A DNA stretch of 43,752 nt, filler included, from Jimgerdemannia flammicorona (lineage: Eukaryota): assembly GCA_003990765.1 (NCBI GenBank). It is 2 parts of 2 records of this genome, joined end to end, with 100 filler letters (N's around TTAATTAATTAA, not from the genome) between each part and the next. Parts side by side here need not be neighbours in the genome. Positions count along the whole stretch, not along the records: positions 21,931 to 43,752 come from RBNJ01001385.1; 1 more part is not named here. One strand, 5' to 3'. The notes beneath the pieces were generated by a model that saw nothing but the letters and a program-made list of their open reading frames with translations, had not been told where the DNA came from and did no database searches. The position numbers and the translations under genes are program-made. This document shows, piece by piece, positions 34,990 through 43,752 of this stretch. Numbering within the stretch: the first letter of the stretch is position 1; each line of letters starts with the position of its first letter.

Positions 34990-37900
34990 TATTTGTAGTA
35001 ATAGTAAAGAGTTCTATAGAATGTGGGCTAATCAGAATTAGTATATCAGTTAGCATTCTCTTGAGGATATTTATTACTATAGTGTATTCTTCTGTCTATT
35101 TTTTTTTTAATATTAGTTCTCTTCTTATAAAGACTTATGAGTAGAGAGGTAATTGCTGAGAATTCTTAAATAAATCTTCAGTATTCAGCTAATCTATTGA
35201 ATTCTTATGAGACTTGAGTCTTTGGAATAGGCTAATTGTAGATTGCTTCAGTCTTTTTGAGGTCAATAGTCATACTATTTGCTGAGATAATATATATGTC
35301 CTTAATATTCAATTTTCTTCTTGAAGAAGTAATACTTCTTTTTTTTTGCTGAGAGCTTGTATTCTCAGAGTATGTTAAAAATCATTTATAGAGATTATTA
35401 GTAGATAGTACTACTTGTACTATATATTAGAATATTATCTAAGTATACTAAAATAAATACTTTAAGATATTTTAAAATATATTATTCATCAGTATCTAGA
35501 AGATTGATAGTACATATATTAGTGAGTCTAACTCTTAGACTATAATATGTATAGGCAAATTTGCCTTTAATAAAAAAATATAATATATAATTTTTATTTA
35601 AAAAAAAAAAATACTAATAAATATAAAGTTAAAAAAACTTTTTATTTTATTTTATACTTTTATTAATAAATATAAGATCAAAAAAGAATTAAAAATATTA
35701 AAAAATCAATTTTTTGATTTTTTTTTATTATTATAAATATATAGTCAAAAAGAGTTTAAAAATTTAAAAATATTCATAGGTAAATTTGCCTGAAAAAATA
35801 TATAGCCTATCAGCTAAAAGATATTATACCAAATTTATAATGTCTAAATCTTATTCAAAATACTATCTTTGGGATATCTTTTTTCTTGATGTGAATTTAA
35901 TAGCATTTAGATATAAGATTAATAAATAAAAAAATCTTGATATTATATACTTGATTGAGTAGTTCATTAATTTATAGGAGTGTATATTAGTTCTCAATAG
36001 ATATCTTATTGAGTACTTAGTAATTAATACACATGCAGAGACTACCATTCTTCTTATAAATAAATAGAATTAGTACACCATATAGTGATTTTGATATATA
36101 TATGAGGCCTTTATTTGACAGATCTGCTAGATGTTCTTTGAGAGTCTCCAGCTCAGACTGAGCTAGTTGGTAGATTCTATAGTAGAGAGAGTTTACTTCT
36201 GAAGTAGTTTCAATACTATATTCTATAGTTTAGATAAGTGGTAATTCTTAAGGTTCTTAAAAGATATCTTCATAGTCTTTGAGTAGTTTCTGAAGACTTT
36301 CTTCTTTTTCATCTTTACCCTTTAATAGTTTGGAAAGGTCATCATTATCATAGTAGCTTCTTGAATATATATATATATGTTACTCTGATTTCTAGATTAG
36401 CTTCTTTATTTAGATAGCAGAGATAATATCACACTTAGGTTTTGACCTATTCTGTCTATAGCTTAATGTGTCCAAGAGATATTATATTGGTTTACTAGTC
36501 AATATATGGATTTTATTGAGTGAGCCAGAATTTTCCAAAGATAAGATTATGTTCTAGAAGATATATAATATGGAATGTCTGCTTTATAGTATAGTCTCTT
36601 AGTTGTAAGAGTATATCCTTGCAGATTTTAGAGAGTTTTTATATTTTCTATATATTTTTAATATAGTGATATTTTCTTTTGGATTTTTTTATATCTTGAG
36701 TCTGAACTTATTAGCCATCTCTTTGTCAAGATAGCACTTGCTTGCTTCACTGTCAATGAGGACTTCAACAGAGTTTTCTTTAATTTTTTCTTATAGGCAG
36801 ATATATTTAGGATTATCTTCTTACCAGATAGTAATTGTTTCTAGAGAGGCTTCTTTTTTCCAATCTTATATATCTCTATCTTTATCATTAATATTCTTGA
36901 TTTCTTTATCTCATCATTCTGAGATAGTTAGCTTATACTTCTTAGATTTAAGAACACATGTAATACATTCTCTTATATATTCAAAATAGTATATCTTGAT
37001 ATAATGAGAATGTTGTTCTGCTAGGATATATTCATCAGTAATATATTAATACTAGTTCTGATCTCAGTCTTGAGATTCCTTAATGTAAATAATATTCTGT
37101 ACCTTAGTCTTTTCTTTGGTCTTATTAGAGTGTTTTTCTATTGATCTGAAAGCTTTCTCTCCTCTATTAGAGGATGATAGTTCATTTGTTTCTTTAACTT
37201 TAAGATTATTATATATTATCTCAATGATGGCTTAAGCAATTCATTTTTTACATGTGAATTTAACTATCTTCTATTCAGTATTATTTAGCTGGACCTTGAT
37301 TTAACCTTTGAATCCTTGGTCTACAACTCCTCCAGCTATACAAAGTCTCACTTCCTTGACCAGACTGCTTTTTTCTATAAGATAGATATAGGTTTCTTTA
37401 GAGACTTCTATTCTAATATCTGTACTAATAGTTGCTTACTTGTTTGGTTCAATGGTTACTTCTATATTAGAGTAGAGATTATAGCCAGTATCAGATTCAT
37501 GTGCTTTATCTGAGATTTTTGCAGTAATGTAAAATCTCTTAATCTTGATTTTTTCAGCAATTTCTTTTAATTATCTCCTATTATAGTGATAGTATATAAG
37601 AAAGATATTCCTTTGTTCATGTTGGTCTTCTTATCAGGGTATTTGTGAGATATATGTCTTCTCTTTTTGCAATAAAAATATACTTCTTTCTTTATGAGTT
37701 TCTCTATTTCCTTATTAGAGAATTTCTTGAATTCTCTTTGCAATTTTGAAAAGTTATTCTGAGATTTGTATCTCTTCTTGAATTAACATTACTTGTCTTC
37801 TTTATTGTATTTCTATTGTCTCTTGGTCTTTGAGTTACTAAGATAGTATATACTCTGATAATAGCTTTTCCTAAGTACTATTATTCATATGTATACTTAT

Positions 37901-38830
37901 AAAGTTATTCTTGCTCTCAAATATTCATCTGAGAATAATATCAAAGAAGTATGCTGCTCTGGTTCTATTTACAGTTTGTTCTCATCAGCTATATTCTACT
38001 CTTATAATGTTTAGGAGAGATTCTAATCTTATTACAAATGCTTCCAAGTCTTCTTTTTCATTATTATAGAATTGGGAGTTCTTGAGCTTAGTTCTGGCTT
38101 CAACAATGTAGACAGAGCTGTAAAACTGTTAAATGATCAGCTCTTTTAGACCCATTCTAGCTAGATATACTACATAGTCAGAGTGATTATCACTTCAATC
38201 ACTTGTATTAATTTCAGTACAGGTCTCTCAGATGAGAGGGTATACTGAGAGATTGTACCACTACTGAGCAGCTGTGTCTATAAAATGGGTGATAAATTTT
38301 TCTATTTATGAGCCTACAGTTATATAGAGATCTTCAATCTCATAGTACTCATTATTATTGAGAGTACTGTCTAAGTTCTAATTATCATTCTATCTATTAG
38401 TATAATAATTAGTATCAACTTATTTTATAAATATTGTTACTTAGTCTGCTTTGCCTTCAAATAGTATGAGTCAGAGATCTTTCAAGAGTTTGTTGGTTTT
38501 GATGTTAAGACAGAGGACTTGGATAAACATAGCCACTTAGTTAGCCAGGACTGTTATCTTTTTATCTGTTGATATAATTCTATTGCTAATATAGTAGGAT
38601 AGTAGTAATCTTCCTTCAAGTATTATTACCTCAGGAGTAATATAATATATAGTTATTTCTTCCATAATATCACTAAGGTAAGTGAACTTAGTGACCAGTC
38701 TATAGATTAGTAGTTTTAATAGAGTTATTGCAAAGTCTTTTATAGTGATTTTTGATAGACTTGATGTTCTTAGTAATATGTCTATATTAGTACTGAAGTC
38801 ATAGTATCAGGTTCAGAAGTTTCTTACTCT
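34990..38830 (-). mobile_element. Hypermutated Gypsy element (family C, related to family A): gag-CCHC-dUTPase-PR-RT
   Basis: Gag GLKELII*QF...EARTKLKN matches family A GLKQLIIVQY...ESRVKLCN. Zinc knuckle YFYCKKRRH at ~37660, PR VLIDSEASKCY at ~36750, RT VYLDNIL at ~35440. Confidence 0.85.
37138..37550 (-). pseudogene. dut: dUTPase domain of family C element
   Basis: Minus-strand translation: DTGYNLYS, EKSSLVK, AGGVVDQGFKG*I, *IA*, NRGEKAFRS (motifs 1-5). Confidence 0.88.
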
Positions 38831-39199
38831 ACACCATCAGAAGGCTCTACTGATATAGTATCTATAATAATCCTGATAACTATCACTAGCCTGATATCTA
38901 ACTGGTCTATCATAATTGTTTTTTTTTCTATCTGTAATGGCTATCTCTTCTCTTATCTTGATATTATCTAAAAAGCAGTTATCTATACTAAAATCTTACT
39001 TACTGAGAAGCTCATCAAAGCTTAGAGAGTCTGCTACAGATATCAAAAATCTGCTGAAACCTTCACTGGTACTTGATGCCCAAGGTCAGCCAACTCTCTA
39101 TATAGCCTATAATATACCAAAATGATATCTTATTGATAATAGCAAAAGAAAGAAGGTACTATACTAAAATAAAAATACTCTAGATATAGTCAGAGATTT

Positions 39200-40565
39200 C
39201 AGAAACTTTGAAAAAGTAGAGAAAGTACCAATTTGACACTAATAAAGAAGCAACTTATTATTATTATCTCTCTTTCACTATCCTGTAATAGGTATAGCAA
39301 ACCAACTTAAGATAGAGAAGATGAAAGTTGGAAAAAGAGAACTTATAAGATTATTTATCAAAATCTTATAACTGGTATAATAGTAGAGAAAGGAGCATAC
39401 CAGTTAAGTAGAATTTAACAAACTTAATAACAAAACCATTCAAGAAGTATTTGACATATTTATCATACTCAACAAAGAAGTCACCTATACTTAAGGAGTT
39501 AGAGAGAAATTCAAAAGATTAATTAATAGTTACTTCTATAAGAAGAATACAAAAGTATCTATTGAAGCTATAAGTGAATATTTTCTAAACTTTCTCTCCA
39601 ATGATTGCTACTATGAATCTAAAGTCTTTCTGAGCTATAAGAGATATTACACTAATTAAAGAAAATCTCTCCTCTATTACTAAGTTCTCTATATATATAG
39701 GTAAAGATAATTCAATAACAAGGATTACAAACTGCCAGATCTAGTGAAGTCTCTACTATATCATCTTGACCTAGGGGAATAGTTGAAGAAATATCTAAAC
39801 CTGACACCAGTAATCCTAATACTACCATAGACTCACTACTAAGAACATTAAGTCAACTAAAAATTACTATAAAAGATTTAGTAATAACTCTATCAAAACT
39901 ATCAATCTATAGACTAATCACCAAATTCACCTATCTTGGTTATATTATAGAAGAAACAACTATATATTATACTATCTTTAAGATAATAGTATCTGAAGAA
40001 AGACCCCTACTATCTTACTATATAAGTAATATAAATAGTAAAATAATATTAGTAGATAAAAAGTTAGTAGCTCTAACTAATCAAGTGACCATACTTATCC
40101 AAGCTCTTTACCTTAGTATCAAAACAAATAAACTCTAAAAGATCTCTGACTTATACTATTTAAAGACAACATAGACTAAGTAATAATATTCATAAGATAA
40201 GTTAATATATATTAATTATTATACCAATAGATAGAATAACAATCAGAATCCAGACAGTATCCTCATTAATAATGAGTACTATGAGATTAAAGATCTCTAT
40301 GTAACTATAGGCTCATAAGTAGAAAAAGTTGTTATCTATTTTACAAATACAGCTGCTCAGTAGTAGTTCAACCTTTTAGTATACTCTCTCATCTAGAAAA
40401 CTTATACTGAAATCAATGTAAGTAAAGGAGATGACAATTGCCCTAACTATAAAGTCTACTCAGCTAATATAGACATAAAGAAACTAATCATTCAGTAATT
40501 CTGCAGCTCTGTCCACATTGCTAAAGCTAGAACTAAGCTCAAGAATCTCTGATTCTATAATAATA
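39200..40565 (+). mobile_element. Second family C gag fragment, opposite orientation
   Basis: 39790-40565 is a diverged reverse-complement copy of ~38060-38820. The 5' boundary is approximate. Confidence 0.75.
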
Positions 40566-40566
40566 A

Positions 40567-41436
40567 TATTGAAATTCCTAGTATTTTGACATTTTAATAA
40601 TATGGCTTATATATATATATATATATAACTATATCATCTTTGAGTTATATTACTTGATGCATAAATATATACTATCTGGAATAATAAATAAATATTCTTT
40701 TGCTCTGCTCTCTCTTTCTCAGTATCCACTCTACTAAGTTACAACAGAGGTTATAAGTCTCACTTAATAGATAATAAGAAATACCTCTCTAAGACTCTAT
40801 ACTAAGATATCAGTACAAATAAATAAAGAAATTAGTATGAATATATTAAACACAGTAGATATGGATATCTCTAAAATGAGTATAATAGTCACAGTTTCTA
40901 TAGTAAATATAAATACAGTCAAGAGGTTGATTCCTATCTTTAATAGTAAGAATTATATCATTTGGGTATTCTATATTAGCAATCTTCTGGAGAAGTGTGG
41001 CTTGGTAGAGTATATAAAATTATAGATACAGATTCAAGATTACAATACTATAAATAATTACTGAGCATTACAAGAGATCATTTTCACATTATTAAACCAG
41101 CAAATAAATCTTATACTATATACTATAATAGCTTATTATGTATGGGAGACTCTATGCAATTATCACATATAAGTATTCTTATCAAATCAATACTATCTGA
41201 AATCTCAACTATTCTATCTATAAATAAAATCCAAGATAATTATGTTGATGATCTGGTAAATTAGATGAATTCTCTAAGTATATCAGTAGAGTATATCAGT
41301 GATGAAGATAAGATTCTGGCCCTTATACAAGACCTTCCTAAGATATATAACATTATAGTGATAGCTACAAATGAGAGTAAGAAACTTGCAGATTACATCT
41401 ATATAACAACAAGCCTCATCAATGAAGAGATATATT
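40567..41436 (+). mobile_element. Ty1/copia 5' fragment (LTR, PBS, gag)
   Basis: LTR TATTG(TGTTG)...CAACA at 40567-40746; PBS GGTTATAAGTC (decayed GGTTATGAGCC). Gag motifs IPIFNSKNYIIW...LLEKCGLVEYI and ISDEDKILALIQDLPKIY...LINEE. Confidence 0.8.
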
Positions 41437-41439
41437 ATC

Positions 41440-43290
41440 TTTTGAAAATTCTGTTAAAATTTTCATTATATCTGATATCTATATCAGGTTACTGCTTTTT
41501 TTATATTTAGTAAAAAATTATCTTCTTTTTTCTAGTTAGTATCATACTTGGGATATTCTTTCTATTTTATAAGATAGTATTAAGTAAGCTTAGCAGCTTA
41601 TCCAAATTAGTGATCCTTTGATCCAAAATGTGATCTATTTTATATTCTAGTTACTGATCAATAATTATTAGATCTAGAGGTGGCACAGTTTTTCTATCAA
41701 AGATGTTTGAAGTATATAGCTAAAGTTGAGATATATGAAACACTGGGTGAATTCTTTCTAGTATTGATAGGTAGTCTAATTTATATAACAGATTCATATT
41801 TTTTAAGGATCTTGAATAGTTTAATATAGTAGGATCCAACTTTATTTTTGAACCTATATTGTCTAAAGTTAGGTACCAGGTGCTGAGTAATACTTATTCT
41901 CCTTTTTTATAGATAACTTCTTTTCTATTTTTATCAGTATATACTATTTATATTCTTTATATCTTTTTGAGAGCATTCTGTACTTACTAGATATTATCTA
42001 TATAGTATTAGTGATTTCTTATATAGCTAGTACTATAGTTTAGATAGCAACTATCAAAGTTTATAGATGTTGTCCATAGTTCAGATAAAATGGCATTATC
42101 TTAGTACTTATACTTAAGATATTATTATATACAAATTTGGCTAGAGATAGCTTTTCATCTTAATTATTTTATTTATAGCTACAATAGATACTAAGTGACT
42201 GTTTCAGAATTTAATTAGTTCTTTTTTATCTGGTCATCTATTTGTAAGTAGTATGCTATAGATATTTTCAGTTTCACTTCTAGACTCTTAAAGAGTACTT
42301 ATCAAAAATTATTTATAAATTTCACATCTTGATCTGAGATAATTACTGATGGTAGTCTGTAAAGATAGAATATATTATTAATAAATAGCTATACTGTTTC
42401 TAGTGCTATTGCAGTAGTGGTTGTTATAATGAAGTAGATCTGCTTGTTGAGGCAATTAATAAAAACACTGATAATATCTCTTCTTTTCTTAGTTTATAAC
42501 AACTGTATAATAAAGTCCATTCCAATGTAGTTTCAATTTTAGATGAGAATTGGTAGTAGCTATAGTATACCAGCTAGTGTCTAGTTGCTAGGCTTATATA
42601 TATATTTTTAGCAGATATTGTAGGATATAATATAATTCTTAATATTAGATATCATTTTAAACTAATAAAAATCTCAGGTAATATATTAGTATATCTTGTC
42701 AAATCTCATATATCTAGTAATAGGTATATAATATAGTTCTTATAGAATTTATAAGTAGATAAAGATATCAGAGATATAGATTCTTGTATTATCAAGGTAT
42801 ATGTATCTATTTTGAATAGATTTATTCTTGTAGACCTTCTTCATAATATTGCTATCTTCTTCAAAGATTTTTTTAGTAATTTCTTATATATTGGTATTCT
42901 TGGTATACTTCTTCTTGACTTTCTTAAATAGGCTGGTAATAATATTGCTAATTGTAGTGAGGTCATCTTTCTGAGTACTCTGAGAGTATATATTAGCTAC
43001 ATTGTTCTTAGTTCTAGCAATGTACTTAATCTTAACATTAAAGGGTCCAAGGATCTGTATCCTATCTTTCTGTAAGAATTAATTATATCTGAATATATCA
43101 GAGGGCTTAATGGTCTAAATGCTTTACTAAAAAGAAAATATCTCTATACTTATAGAGATCAGATAATAGTAAGGAGTTTCTTGTCTTATATAGTATAGTT
43201 TCTTTTATATTTGTTGAGTTTCTGAGATAGATAGGTAATAGAGTATTTATGTTAGATTAGGATAGCTCTAATAATGATATTTGAAGTATT
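41440..43290 (-). mobile_element. Hypermutated Gypsy RNaseH-integrase-chromodomain fragment
   Basis: Minus-strand YIGMDFI (~42520), IISDQD (~42335) and chromodomain (~41480-41650); same family as 28780-29320. Confidence 0.75.
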
Positions 43291-43296
43291 ATCCCT

Positions 43297-43752
43297 TACC
43301 CTGTAGTGCAGGCAAATTTGCCTGCAAATACATTTAATATAAAATTCCTTGCTCTATAATAATGTACACTTATAATATAAGTATACATACTGTAACCTCA
43401 TTGCAGGCAAACATGTCTGTGAACGTTCAGAGTGAAATACTGCAGTCTACGCTTTATAATGCTTATGTAATTATAGGTAATCCATCTCCGGAATGCAGGC
43501 AAATTTGCCTGCATCATTTGTTTTATATATATCTTGGTGAAATGGTATCCGATTTTAACATACTTAGGCTTGTTAGAAAGCCCTGAATCATGGTATTCCA
43601 ACAGGCCTAAGTATGTAAAAATCGAACATCATTTCGCCAAGTTATAAGCGAAAACGGCCAATATGTCAAATGCGGAACCAAATTTAGCTATTCACATGCT
43701 GACGTTTTCTCTCATATCTTGGTGAAATGGCATCCGATTTTAACGTACTTAG
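43297..43752. repeat. Palindrome-rich DNA-transposon-like end
   Basis: Perfect 20-bp palindrome TGCAGGCAAATTTGCCTGCA at 43307-43326 and 43494-43513; ~50-bp-arm hairpin at 43529-43646 whose left arm recurs at 43715-43752. Confidence 0.7.

Noticed and set aside
27694..43601. Short Ile/Tyr/Leu-rich ORFs in AT-rich DNA (e.g. 30041, 34586, 35863, 36738, 38916, 43362)
   Set aside because: Chance or antisense frames in hypermutated TE sequence, not host genes.

Overview
This is eukaryotic, almost certainly fungal, repeat-rich DNA: it contains chromoviruses, L1-like LINEs, hAT elements and a fungal-type U6 sequence. It is a nest of transposons at different stages of C>T/G>A hypermutation. 1-8374 is a lightly mutated Ty3/Gypsy chromovirus with one frame Gag-CCHC-dUTPase-(CxH-x12-CxxC)-PR-RT-RH-IN-chromo. 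Its ~2.1 kb 3' LTR carries its own ~365-codon gene with PPxY motifs. Two heavily mutated minus-strand Gypsy families (13455-20291 and ~34990-38830) also place a dUTPase between the zinc knuckle and protease. Also present are a near full-length L1-like LINE (29321-~34985), a hAT transposase relic, hAT-type foldback MITEs with 8-bp TSDs, solo LTRs, a Ty1/copia fragment and a U6 snRNA retrocopy with a ~21-bp TSD. An artificial contig spacer lies at 21831-21930. After it, a CpG-retaining island (~21931-26640) holds an inverted pair of paralogous MGNxxS small genes, one intact and one frameshifted. All calls come from manual translation and motif recognition; no searches were run.
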